Below, piece after piece: positions 37,213 to 50,821 of a stretch of DNA of 64,000 bases; position 1 is the stretch's first letter; each line of letters begins with the position of its first letter. The notes beneath the pieces are model-generated. The model saw nothing but the letters and a program-made list of their open reading frames with translations, had not been told where the DNA came from and searched no databases. This stretch comes from Ramazzottius varieornatus. Taxonomy: Eukaryota; Animalia; Tardigrada. The position numbers and the translations under genes are program-made. The DNA is taken from positions 496,001 to 560,000 of the forward strand of contig BDGG01000013.1 in the NCBI GenBank assembly GCA_001949185.1. The letters are read 5' to 3'.

Positions 37213-38965
37213 TAGTCTAGGGAGCTCTTGTTTAAGCGGAAAAGTAAAAGATAAGGATATCATACCATGCCCTATCCCCCTACCAGCTTGATGGGACAAC
37301 CGTTTCGACCGGTTTGATTTCCTACAGGGTGAGTACGCCAAGTGACTACAACCTCGTAATATTCATGGCGCTCTCGACTGAGTGTATGTTGGTCCCCATC
37401 ACTATTTTTTCTTGGTTTAGTATCCCTTTTGCTATCTTTTAAAAATAACTTGGCCAGAATGAATGGCTAAAGGAAGTCGAAATTCAACCCAAGACTAGGG
37501 AGGGTGCAACCGCATACCTGCTCCAGCGTGAAAATTTCGCTGTTCCTTCCTCCAGGAAAATAATCCGTTTTTCTCTCATCTGCACTTCTAAGTTAAAACT
37601 GCTGATCACAAATTGCTTGGCGGTAGTTTAGCTTTTGCGAAAATTATGGTGGTTCATTATACCACTTGTTAATTTATTGATTCGGCAATTTTAGCGAATC
37701 GTTCCAAAATATTGGGTGGACGTCTGAAAATAAAGTTTCTCAAAATGGTTTCCGTCTTTTTCCGGTAACTAAAAGCAGGAAGGGGAAGCCGCACTCATGT
37801 GGAGCTTGAATCATAAACTTCTCGTGAGAGACTGAGGAAAACTTGAGTGCGGGGAAGACTTTTGACAAACACTGTGTTCGCTAGAATCAGCAGCTTTCTC
37901 AGAATTCGGGAAAACTTAGGAAAATTCTTGTTCGATTCTTTGACGAGATCTTACGATTTTGACGTTCAAGAAAGTTAGTTCAAAGACTGAGCTATAAGAC
38001 AAACAGTCATAAGTAAGAAGTCTTCGTTTAGAACATAAATCACAATTTGTTCCACGAGGAGTGGTTTCCCGGCAAAATGGTCGAGTTCGACGGTCTTGAT
38101 TCATGCATCAAGTTAGTTTGACTTCATTGTGATCTTTTCCAAATTCTGATACGAACCTAGACAGATGTACCTCTGCTAAAACCAAATTGGGAAGAAATGA
38201 CGGCACATGGAGTGCCAGAGTGCCCGTTTTGTTCCTGCCGGAAAGTTTTCTTAACCGGAAGTCGTTCCAGTCAACTGCTCCAACCCAAGTCTCAACGCAT
38301 CCAAATGGGCTATATCTCATTGGAAGCAGCGTAAAAAGTTCCACACATTATGTGACGGGACGAAAGGAAAGCAAACAGTCTGAATTTTGTATACGCCAAA
38401 GTTCCAGGTGGTAGCCACTTGGCGTACTCACCCTGTAAATCGAGCGGAACCATTACGGAAGGGTGTCGGACTTGAAGGCGGTTAGACGGACTCATATAGG
38501 CTTTATTCCCCATCAAAAACAAAGGAGAAAAGTCCGTTTACGGGCTTAGGGTGGAAACGAATTTAGATATCCTCTTTCGAGAGGAGGCTAGGGCATTAGT
38601 AAGTATTTAGCTGAGTATGTGATACAAGAACCGGGAAACTCCTCTACATTTGTGAAATTCAAGACTGTAAAACGAAAAAACACATCTCACTGTACAAGAT
38701 AGAAAAGATAGGTCAGGTGTTCCTCAGGAGCTCTTTCATCCGCCAACATCCCGCTGTTCCGGAGAACAGTTTTGAGAGCCAGTATCATTGACAGAGTAGC
38801 TCGGAAGATCAAGCTCTCTGTATGCTCCACGAGTATCGACCCGACGGGAAGGGTTCAGTTACCCTCATCCACCCCCTGCTCCACCTGAAACACAGCAGAC
38901 ATATAGCAACCATCAGACCTTCGCTCAAGCACCACGTCGGCAAACGAAGACCCAGATCGTTAACC

Positions 38966-39014
38966 CAAATGGCGCACAATCTCAGCCAAGAACAATGTAC
39001 ACATGCGCCACTTG
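38966..39014. repeat. Palindromic element
   Basis: CAAATGGCGCAC-N25-ATGCGCCACTTG. Confidence 0.8.
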
Positions 39015-40708
39015 GTCTGAGTGAGTCAACTGCCGACGTCCCAATCATGGAAATACTGAAGATGAACGTACATGGCGGTGGAGCTGCTCCTCCGGACCTC
39101 GACAGCCCACCTATATTCCTTCCACCCCCGAAACCAGAACTCGGCCCACGTCTGAAAATATACGGTTACAGCCTTACGGGAGGAAGCTGGACTTGTCATC
39201 ACACTGTTGGAAAGACTTACCTCGAAGCACTGCTACTTCTCGACTGACTCCTGGAGCTTGAATCGCCTCCAATGGAAAACTGAAACAGCCAAAATTTGAC
39301 AGTGTTTCACAAAGCCCCGGGAGAGGAAACATTGAGAGGAAATAACCGTGGTTACTCGTTAAAGTAGTAGTGCTTACTGGAAGAAGGGTTCTGAAACTGC
39401 AAATAGAAAAGCCACACGTCAGCAACAAATAATCAACAATCAAGCGACACATCAGTTATACGCCCCAGTGTGCAGTCCTGACGGGAAAGTGGGGCAATTG
39501 GTAATGAGAACCAATACGCCTAGTGCGCCATAGCACTGAATAGACGGTTATGCGGATGTATTGTGACTCACAAGAGGACAACACCAAAAACGAAGGTCAG
39601 GAAGGTGTCCCACACTCGCGTAAGAGACCATCCTCTGTTTGATCCTCCGATCTCTCCTAGAATACATGATTATACATCCAATGGTCAGCGATTATGCCTG
39701 ATAATCGAAATATAAGGGAAACGGTACGATTGCTTGACGACGTTATCACGTTATCAACTTGTTCAACCCGAAAGCCCGAAGGGTTGCTTTTACCTCCTGA
39801 AACGTACGGCATGACTGCCAGTCAACCTCTCCTCGCTTTCTTCAAACCCAGGCAAAGCGTGGACCAGATTCAGACGGGAGAAAAGGCTGGGAACTGAGAA
39901 CGTGGAACGTGAAGCAGCAGAAAAAGGAGAAATGATTCCATGAGGCAAATCAAATTTCCAATCTAAGGTGGCATCACGTGTCATGTTTCACGTGGTGGAA
40001 TGAGTCAGCGGACTCAGACTGTCTCAGAGTGGAAGCTGTACGTACGTGTCCATCCCGCCCACGAACGTGCATTCTCGAGCATGCTTTCCCATCGAACGTG
40101 CGAAGAACACGCACTCCGACATGGAAAAGCATGGATCTACTTTCCTGTTACCTTTCTGTTCAGTAAGATCATATATCGAGTTTGCATTTCCGGTCGAATT
40201 TTATCATTAAGTACGATGATTTTGAAAATTCTCCTCACATTTGAGTCACGTCGGGGACAAGTGCAGGTTTTTACAATAGAGCCGAAATCAGCAGCAGAAG
40301 TACTGCGGAATGTCCGAAGACCACAAGAGACTTTTACAGTTCAGTGAGTGGTCAGGCCGATTGCCGGTATGAACGATATGTTTGTCCAGTTATGGATACC
40401 TGCATGCCTTGTAGTAACAACAAGACGCAACAAGTACCGTCGGGCTTGTCAATAACGAATGGCGCGCGATGGCAATCGTGTCAAAGAGCACTGGTACATG
40501 TAGTTCACCCGACTGTCAACAAAGGTCTGCCCTTACCTAGCCAGAAATAACATCCAGCATTCGCCAACATTCATAAAGGAAACTGATTCTCGGAACATTT
40601 TTCACAGAGCATCCATCAGCGGTACACTCAAAGAAAGCAAAAAAGCATTTCTGTACAGTAATCACATTCCGTTGGAGCCATTACATTCGCAAACATGGCC
40701 ACTATTAT

Positions 40709-41773
40709 TCATGAACTGCTAGATGTCCACGTCTTGATCGAGCCGCTATGTACAGGAAATAAAGTCACAGTTCCCACAATGAGTCGTGTTTCCTGGTCAA
40801 ACTTTGCTGCGACCTTCCATCTTGCTTCGCGGGCGAGAACCCGGATCGAAGGCGGCATTGTATTGTCCTTGGAACTGCGTGGCTCCGTTGACTTGCACCG
40901 GGATATCGTAGTGTGAAACATTGTGGATGGAATAGGGAGTTATCAGACGTGGCTCGGAGAGGAGGATAGTTTTCTTGGCTCGGAATAGCCGACTGAAAGA
41001 GAACGGATACCGTGTGTGAAAAATCGGGCTAAAATATGGAAAATACGGCCCTTCAAAATTTCAAGCCTGGAGCTTCACCGGAGCGACTTTAAAAATGAAC
41101 TCTAGCGCGATGGAAGTCTTTGTTCTAAACCCGCGCAGCCGAAATTATTCATCAGTTTCCTACCTGGCTCTTGTAATCAGGCATACAATGGCAAGCGTCA
41201 AGGCGATCGCAGCAACCAGTGGCAATATGATGGCAGCCGGTAACCAGTCCTTTAAAATCCAAGAACAAAATTAGCAACGGGCAAACGAGAGCAAAAATCC
41301 GACGAAAGCTCAGGCGGACCTACAGGGTTGTAACTAGTGGGATAGAACGTTTGCTGGTCGATCAGCGGGCTGTTTTGGAAATTTCCTCCGAAGTTGGGGT
41401 CGCCGTTGAAATTATTATACGCTGGATTACGGTTCAGGTCGTCGATGGCTGCCTGAAAGCGTTGACGGTTGGGATCCACTGCGTCCATCAGGATGTCCGA
41501 GTTGGTCGTGCTACTATCGGAAGTAAAATTGTCGAAGAAGGCCTTCGTAATATTTGTCCAAGAGTAATCGCTTGTTGCGTTCTGAACAGAAGCCTCCGTG
41601 GCGTTGTTTGGAAAGAACACATCGGTGGATGTGTCGTTCTGCCAAGGGAACTCGTTGGTGAAGTTAGCAGAGTCACTCGGCATCCATGAGACGTTTGAAA
41701 TTAGCTCGGATGGCGCTGACAGCGTACTTTCATTAGCGTTTGAGAGCTCTCCTAAACTGGCAGGATAATCCAT
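40709..41773 (-). CDS. Putative single-pass membrane protein with S/T/N-rich glycosylated ectodomain, unknown family
   Basis: Many NxS/T sites in 41310-41773 and a hydrophobic exon DWLPAAIILPLVAAIALTLAIVCLITRAR at ~41164-41250. The last exon is uncertain. Confidence 0.45.
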
Positions 41774-42395
41774 TTGGTCAATAGGTACGCGGAAGAGAGG
41801 AGAGAGGAAATGCGTATGATAAGAACAACAAAGTTGAGAGCTAATCAAATTTACAAGTGCGGCTTTGGGTTTCTTCTCGCACGTCTCACGTTACATCTTT
41901 GGCGCAGTTAGAGAATTAATGTGCACCGGTGTACATGTGTGGCGAAAAGTGAACGAAGGGGAAATGTAACAGTCCGTCTGTTTACCAATCTGTGGTCTGT
42001 TTGTATGTTTGTCAAGACGCTGAGCTCGAACGGCGTGTGTAAAGAAAAGTGTCCGTGAAAAGCGCCAACGACGCTGCTGTCTGTCATAGATAACTTGTGG
42101 ACAACTCCCTCATGCGATTTCGCATGGACAACTCCGCTAGTTTTACCTCGCACAGTATAGTCCAGCTGAAAATTTCCTTGACAGCCCATTTATTGTGAAT
42201 AAACTGGATCATTTAGAAGTGGCTAGAATAGTGTAGAATAATGAAAGAAATTTCCAGAATGATAAATTCTGAATTTTGAAGTCTCATGGTCAAATTCCTC
42301 CCAGTCAATCAAGGGGATAAACCTTGATAAACGGCAAAAGTCGTGTATTTTTCTGAGACTTTCGTAAGGTGTCAAGATGTGAAGGTACGTGTATA

Positions 42396-42606
42396 TGGGC
42401 CAGCGGCAGAGTAGATCGGTAAGGCGTGGCCAGATGACATCATATGACCGGGGCATGAATCCAATAATATTCGTAGTCTGCCAATCAGCGAACAGAGTTT
42501 TTGATATGGACAATTTTGATTGGCGCATTGCTGATAATTTCTCTTTATTCCCGCTCCATACTTCCTAAATAGCCCCGCCTTACCGATCTACTCTGCCGCT
42601 GGCCCA
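42396..42606. mobile_element. MITE with ~31-bp perfect TIRs, TA-flanked
   Basis: TGGGCCAGCGGCAGAGTAGATCGGTAAGGCG ... CGCCTTACCGATCTACTCTGCCGCTGGCCCA. Confidence 0.85.
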
Positions 42607-42820
42607 TATATATACCGGTGCAGCAGAACCAATGGCGGGCAGAGCCTTCTGTCCACCTCTGCACCAGCGCATAACAAAAAATGGCAGGGATTCAAACGCT
42701 TGATTATTATGCAGGATACACAACCGAACGACAAGATTCAGTGCTTGCAATATGCGGAAGGGACTAAATTGGCTTGTGGACGGAAACTAGATTATTTTCA
42801 CCCTCGTCGAAAGGTACATT

Positions 42821-45800
42821 CTACTTCACCGCTGACTTGTCTCCTGAACTGTGAGACTTAGTCGGGGACAGTGATGTGGCTGCAGTCTCCGAGCTCATCA
42901 AATGTGAGAAGACCTCCGTGGAGGGGCTTACAGGTAGCAGCAAGCCTTGCGCCAATCCCTCTTTGTCCAAGCCCGCCTTTCTCTTGATCGATGTCTTGAT
43001 ACGATTGATGCGCGAATGCTTTCGTATGTGCGGCTTGTCAAAGTTGAAGCATTTCTTCAGGCACAGCAACTTGATGTAGCCACGTCGGAAATGTTCGATG
43101 GTCAAGGCGTAGACCATGTAGTTGACTGAGCTGTTGCCGTGAGCGGTCAGCAAGACCAGGATGTACCAGAGATAGCTGACGTCGTGCTCCAGGTGAAGAA
43201 CGATCAACGAGACCAGAGGGAGCCACATGATCACGTAGATGATCAAGACGCGAAACAACGCTTTGATGATCAACAGATCGTCGTAGAACTTTTTCGAAAC
43301 CGAACTGGTTAGTGGAACAGGGAGGATATTGGCCGAGTTGGGCGGGGCGTCGGTGGGAGCGGTTTGAGTATCCTTTTGGCTGGAGTAGAGAATGCGGCTG
43401 CGAGTCAGTTTGGAGTCCTTGACTTTGAGGTAGATGCCCAGGTAGCAGATGAAGCAGACGGTCAGTGGGAAGAAAACGCCGAAGAGGACATAGAAGAGCG
43501 CATAGGAGTGGACGTGGTTGGCGAAGGTGCAGACGAAGAAGAGGCGGGAGAAGCGAAGGTCGCCCCAACCGACGTGGTTGGGCAGTTCGATCAGGTAGAT
43601 GACGATCCAGACGGAAACGCACATCAGACCGGTCCTGACTGGGGTGTAGATTTTGTCGTAGATTTCGTACTGGCAGATCAGAATGTACCTAAAGCAAAAT
43701 AACCATTCCAATTGAATAAATTTTCATTTATTTCCACTGAGTGCGGAATGAGATGTTTCCAGTAGTGAACTAGAAATCAGCCTTGCTATGTAGCAAATCA
43801 CTCTAAAAAAAGCGGCTGAAGACGTATATAAAGTAGCACAGGTTCAATCGTATTGGGATACTCAATTTAAATTTTCCTCTACCACATTAAGATCTTCTGG
43901 ATAATTCCCGGCCGACGTATCTGCGGAAGCGAATTAGCTAGGAACTCCTCCAATTTCATACCGTAAAATTTTCGGTGTAAACAGTTTAAGTCACATGAAT
44001 TTAGACAACCTGGATCATTGCCGTAGAAAAATTCTACAGCACGGCAATCGGAAGCGAGAAGCGGAAAGCTAATAAGCAGGCAGTGCAAACTTTGAGAAGA
44101 ACTGATTCTAATTCGCTTATCGGGATAAAACTTTGCTGACATCATAACGGGGATGACTACACAGGAAGCCGACTGGCCAGACTTCCATTTTTTTGAAAGT
44201 ACTGTAATTTCCGACAATTTCAGACCGAGAAGTGTTAAGCTCGTAGACCGAAATCCAAGTCACCTTACGTCAAGGTGCCGATCAGCGGGATCGCATGGTA
44301 GAGAAAGGACACCAGACTGCTTCTTAGTGAATTAAACTGGAAACTATTGTTATTGGCAATAATTGTTGTTTATGTGCTAGTTGACAAGATTTCCTTGATG
44401 TTGACGCTCATAGGCGCGCTTGGTGTAGGCTGGTCAGTACATACGGATTTCCGCCCTTATGTACAGTGCGCTTCCTGGTAGATTTCCTTCATGGCACTTT
44501 CGTCTTGACCATTCGCCATGTCCGACTGTGGACTCATCCCGTTCTTGTTAGGAGTGTCCATGTTTTGTTTCTGAAAGACTTCCCGAGAAGATGTTCTCGA
44601 TAAACAACTTTAGTTTCGCTCTTTGTATCGCGCGAATGTCTTACCACGATCCTACCCTTCACGCTTTGGTCTTTCCATTTTCAACAAGAAAATGGGGTTT
44701 TTGAGCTCGCTAACGAAACCACTGTAGCTCAGAGGAACAGGCGCATGGGACGCTAATGCGCCACGCCGTCACTTCCGCCTCGGTCTCACCGATGGACTGT
44801 AAGCCACCCTCTAGTTGCATCTGCGACAACCAACGTCCCGAACTGCCCAAATAAAATTATAACCTTGTTTCTGATTATCGCTTCATGTTCATTAATACTG
44901 GATTACTGATGAGAAAGACATTTTGCCGACATTTTCTGGATGGGAAGATTTGTTTCCTCGATCGTCGTGCTTGCACGTTTCTCGTATCAGGGATGCAATA
45001 GAGAATGACAGTTGGAATCTTAGTTCCTCTTGCGGAAACCTAATACAGTCCTACCTTTGAGATGTGACAGTTCAAACGCCCGATTTCAGTTCCGGATGGT
45101 ACGTGCGTACACGGGGCTGCTCGCTATGCTGTTCGCATGAGACCGATCAGCTGATCGGACACGTGCTTGCTTACTTCATCAAGTCAAGCCATAACCGGAC
45201 GTCGATCAGCTGATCGTGCTGCGCAGTGCATGGCCAGCAGTCTCGTGCAGAAACGCGGTTCGGTTGCAGAAGAAGCAATTGTCACATCTCACAGGTAGGA
45301 CTGTATGGCTCTTGGGACGAAAAGCTCACCTGTTCACCGCAATCATCGCCATGTTCCAGCAGGAAGCCAGGCATCCCGTTGCGCACAAGGTAGAGACCAC
45401 TGCAAGGAAAGACTTGTTGATTTAACGTTGACGTTGCGGCTTATCCAACTGAGGTTCTAGCAGATCGTAATTGCACTTTTGCACGGCGACATATCCCTTG
45501 CTTTTGTTGTCGGTACGCTCACCGGAGCAATAGATGGGTCGCGTGACGAAGTAGACTTCCCCATACAGCGCACCTGTAATAAGGCGGTTTGGTGAATGCC
45601 TCCGATACAGATTATGGTACTTGACTTCCGCCTCTCGATTTAAAAGTTGCCATCAACATCAATTTAGCCAATCAACATTAATCAACATCAACAAGCAATC
45701 AGCGTTAATCTGCAATCAACATCAGTCTTTCACGAAACAACGACAGGCCAGTCTCAAGTGAGATTTGCTACTCGGAATGTCAAATGTTGACCGTAAAAAA

Positions 45801-46896
45801 ACGAGGGCGCTGTCTGCAGTAAAGGTGTCGGTTGTTTGCCGACGGATACAGTTATACATACCGTATTAAACATTAACATCATGTTCCAAGGAATCAACCT
45901 ACTTATGCATGGTGTTTACTGATATCGATACTTACCAAGAGCGTTGGACGGAATAGCGACAGCAGTAATACAGAGATCTGCAATGGCCAGGTTGACGATG
46001 AAAGCGTTGCCGGTGTGCCTCAGGGCGTCCTCCACAAATACCGAGCCAATTACCTAGTCATGACAAAAAACACCGTTACACCGAAACAGTACTACCCTGG
46101 CAAAGAATATGAGACCAGATCATTAACGTCACAGTAACTGTAACGAACGCAATTTCTACCACGACCATGCTACTGTAACTCTGACTGCATTTGTTTCAAG
46201 AACGCCAGTACGTACAGGCTTCGCATTTTGTAACGAACGTGGATACAGTATCAGTGCGCGTCTGTGGCTCACAGGCCGATGGTGCTTCACCTAGTTTTAT
46301 CATGGTCACGTTCACGTTCAGGATAACAAACAACTCGTTTTGGAAGAGGTATTACCCTGTTATCAGAAGGTCCTGTTGCTCAACTGGATGTCTAAAGCTA
46401 GGTTGCAACGTGATCTCAAAGTAGCGCCAGGCCGCTCGTCATCCACATACTGTGATGATCGATGCTTGCATCACGCCCAGGAAGATATCACTTTACTCTG
46501 TGTAAAAGGGAGCCGGAACACCAATTGGGCCTGCTGGAAATAATCACAGATATCTCGACGGGCTGGTTGAGCTTATCCCAGATAATTACCCTGTCGACAC
46601 GACGGAGTACTTCCGCACCATGCAGGAAGTCGTCTCAGAATCCCCGATCGGGAAAGATAACTCACCAGAAGATTCCCCAAGGTTCCGGTGAAGCACTGGA
46701 TGGACAAGCAGGTGACGAAGAAGTACATCAAGGCCGGTGTTTCGTTGAGTGGATGATGCGAGTGCTCTTCTTCAGCGTTCATTTGAACGTACATGTCGCC
46801 AGGCGGCTCCGTCGAGCTCGAGACTTGGGCGATCGTGGACGGCAGACTCCTAACCAGCTGGGAGTACGTGGTGCTGCTCGGTACCGGGGCGTCCAT
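42821..46896 (-). CDS. Melatonin-receptor-like class A GPCR (multi-exon)
   Basis: GTLGNLL, GNAFIVNLAIADL, IAVNR|YILIC (NRY motif), MWLPL, AHGNSSVNYMVY. Confidence 0.85.
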
Positions 46897-48261
46897 TATC
46901 CAAAACAACAAAGTAGTTTCGCTAGCAAGGATACATCAACCACCTGAATCCGTCGCAGGAAAAAATGTGCTGGAGAAAAACCCTAAACAAGCTCAGCAGG
47001 GTTCGACTGCAGGACCGTCCGGAGGTCTATGTTCCTTTTATACACACTAACGGAGCTGGAAGGTGGTAGCGCGACGTATAGCGAGGACAAGCGGGACCAG
47101 TACAAGTACAGAAGACATACGGTTTTACATACAGTGAACACAGCTCGTGGTGACAAGATGGTACAAAGGAGAAACGACGAAACTGAGGGAGTAGGCACAG
47201 CCTGAATAATATACCGCACGGCCTTGCGGAAACGCGGTACTTCCAGCACAAACTCGGGACGGTGAAGGAATCAGCGCACAGCCCCTGTGAGCGCATATAT
47301 CAGTACTATGCGTAAAGTACGTCCAGCATAGTAAAGTGCCTTGATCTCGATTGCATTCAGAAAGTAACTCCTTAGCGGTCAAGCCGAACCCATATTTTTC
47401 ATTCAGACTTGGCCAACCGCAGGCATCTAATGTCAATGCCAAAGGGAGAAGGGCACCGGAAATTGGACCGGAATTGTTCGACAAGACTATTAAATGTTGA
47501 TAGACCTGCCGACCGTTCGGGTGACGCGTTTCCATTCGAAGTCAGACGAAGACCTCATTTTAATCTGTGAAAGTACAGGGCACGCGCTTGTCGCCAGTCC
47601 GACCTAGAACTTAACTATTCAGTCAAACACTGGCAACAAGTAACCTTCTTCCGCTTCTGATTACCTAGTCCATACGACTTGGCCTCCTATCAAGCTGATC
47701 TTTCTTTTATCTACGGTGCATTATTCTTATAGACAGTAAGTATACCAAGTAATCTCCGGTCTGAACCCGCCGAATTCTCGCGATAATCATTGCTACTGAT
47801 TCCAGATCTTCGGAGGCATAAACAGTTTCTGTGACCTTCCCGGCAGTCAATGCCACTGCCTTCAAAAACTGCGCTGTTCTTCTTCCTTGCACGAGTAAGG
47901 TACGTGAAATCCATCAACTAGGCGGTCAAAGACCTCGCAGTACGGCATTTTCACAGGAAGACTGTTCATTGATTTTGACACAATTAGCACGGTGGGTGAA
48001 CCACCGGATGTCATTTTTCTACTTCTTCTGGCGGTGGGATCGACTTACGTTTGTATCAATTTGCATGAGCCTGCGGAAGAGAGTACGCCGTAGGGTTTTC
48101 TGTGAAGTTAACAAAGGCATCTTCAGAACCGTCCAATAGCATTGCATTAAGGTTTGAATTCTGGATCATGCATGGAAAAAACATGTATTGTAACAGACAA
48201 GAAAGCGTGCGTCATCAAAGAAAAGACTTTTCGTCCGGCCAGGCACCACATGTATACGCCA

Positions 48262-50104
48262 TCACACGGTCTGAGAAGGAAACTTGGGCCAGAAAATATT
48301 CCAGAATATTGCAAAAACGAAGGCGGCTACCACGATGGAAAGACAGATCCACCACAAGACGCGTTCCCAGGCCATGTCTCGGAAATGGCGCAATGTTACC
48401 ACTCCCAACAGAAAGCCGCATAACGCTCCACTCAGGTGAGCTGTGTATCCGATGTTTTGATGCTCGGGCCCGCTGTAGAAGTAGCGGTAGTAGACGGCCA
48501 CACCCACATCCACCCCAACCAGAAGAAACCAACAGAGTAGGCGCAGCCAGTTCCAATCAATCTGCTTCCAATTCTGAAAACCAGCCAAGCGCTGAAATGA
48601 GTAACCAAGGACGTCAGTCATCTTTTGAAACCTCAGCAATGAACAGAAGGTCTCGACGTCACAACAACGACCGTAGGCTTTCATGCGACGCCCAATGGCA
48701 CTGATCGGGTAATTTACGGAGATGGACGGTCTTCATTTTCAAAGTACATCCATCCTGTACATAATATTTGCAAATGGTGTTTGCAACGCTATAATTTGTC
48801 ACGACCACGATTTAAAATTCCCTGCATCGACAAGGCAATTTTTGCTTTCGACTCACGATGATGATGCTAGCGAGATGCGCTGCGATCAGGGCGTAGACAC
48901 CACCACTGGCGCCAGCCAGAAAAACGTTCGGGTCGGTTACAGAGGTCCCCAAGGCACCAGCGATCACTCCGAACAGGTACACGATGGCTAAACGAGTTGC
49001 AAAAGTCATTTGTTGGAAGCCTGTATTTATTCTACGCTTGAAAAAACAAGACATGTGCGGGCCAAGGAGAGTAGGAGGAGGACCCACCTACGCGCCAATA
49101 TTTGTGCACAAGTTCCAGCGGTATCCCCAGAAAGAGTTGGACCAGCAGGTTTACCGTCAGATGCCACCATCTGGAAAAAACAAATTTGGTGAGCGGAAAA
49201 CCTATTCTGTTATTGGTTGGAGGAAAGAGTGGGTGGTACCCGGCATGGACCAGCATGTACGACAGGAGACGCCAGGCTTCCTTCCGTCGGTAAGGGCTAT
49301 AGATGAATGTGTTGTTTAAACTGATGCTGGCGTCCATGGCTGTTCCGGCACTCTGGGTGAAATAGAAGTAAAGAAAGACAGCGAGCTCAACCAGCGAGAT
49401 GGTCAGAAGAAAGATGGGTGGCGGAAGGCAATTGTACTCCTTGAGCTCGGATTCCACGAAGGCCGCTCGGTGTGACTTGGGCAGGATAGTGTAAGCGGTG
49501 CGTGCCAGAGCTCCGCGGAACTTGTCAAGGTGCGCTGATCGATCGACGTTCTCCACCTGTAACCCTCAACAACAATACGTAATCGATTTCCAGAGCAAGT
49601 TTCTTAGTAGCGTTTCGATGCCCACCAGGCGCAGAAATTTGTGGAAATCCAAATGGTCGTCCTTATGGACTGCAGGCTGAGCAAGCATTTTCTCCTGGAT
49701 GTTGGTCGGTACTTTCAACGCATTGGTTTGCAGAGCAGTTTTCAGTTGAGCCATTGGGACTTTGCCCGTGTTCGATGAGTCCAACATTTTGAATATTCCA
49801 CGCCATCGCTACAAGAGAGCATAGTACTGTATATCGTACAAAAGTGTTCCGATTGTCCGGGGTAAACAGACGAAACGCTTGTGGCTACGGAAGATGAGTC
49901 AGTATCAAGAAATTCAAATGTCGAAACTAACTCGTTCGAACTCGGAGTCCTTTTTATGATGTCCGTTTTCCAGGTGTTCGTCGGCAGCTCTTTCGGCATC
50001 GAGGACAACCGATGCGCCGTGGGACATTCGGTTCTCCTCCATGGCGTTGTTGATGAAGGTCGAGCCATTTGGGCCGAGGTACGGATAGATCGACGCGCTA
50101 GCCA
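48262..50104 (-). CDS. Rhomboid intramembrane serine protease with N-terminal EF-hand-like region, paralog 1
   Basis: [42 protein letters not shown]. Confidence 0.9.
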
Positions 50105-50821
50105 TGTGCCGTCTGAGATTGCTGCGAATCATTTCAGCCCCTAAATGTTATCTGCCATCGCGTCGACAGGGCAAGTGGATTTTCTCTGCGATGTTACACC
50201 ACTACAACAGGCCGGCCCGGTACAGTGCTACAGAAACATCAGAAGGAAACATCAAGTCCTACAGATGCTCGATGTTGGAAGAGATGGTTAAGGATCGAGG
50301 GAAACGATCATGTTGTGCGTAATGAGGCTGGAAAAGCTTCGGAATAACAGTTGGAGACTCTCACAGGTCCCAAACGAACCGCAAGCGCGGCCTGTCAGGA
50401 TTGCTTCCTTGTGAGCGAAATGAAGAAACCTGATCACACTCACGGTGATGAAGGGATAATACGGAGCACATACTACTGTAGGCAGGTGAAATTAATTCTG
50501 CATGGATGCGTGGAATTATTATTGGTTTGTTGTGTCCTTCCCTGATCAAAGGTGACAAGTAATTACGAACTAGGAATCGCACAAAATGAAAACTCAGTGA
50601 TTACTCACGACCGCGCTCTGCGAACGTCGGAGAATGAAAAGGTCGCCTACCAAGTCCAACAGAAATAAAGCTCCGCAAAACGTGGATGAGAAAAACTTGA
50701 AACAATCGATCAAAAGGCCGAAAAATGGCAAAAAGTCGAACGTGGATAACAGTTTTCCAAGATAACGATAAAACAGTAAAACTATTGTCAATACAAAATA
50801 AGGGAAAGCTCGGACAAAAAT

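Noticed and set aside
37300-40600. Scattered ORFs including the 141-aa ORF at 38822
   Set aside because: No recognisable domain; one ORF runs through a palindromic repeat copy.
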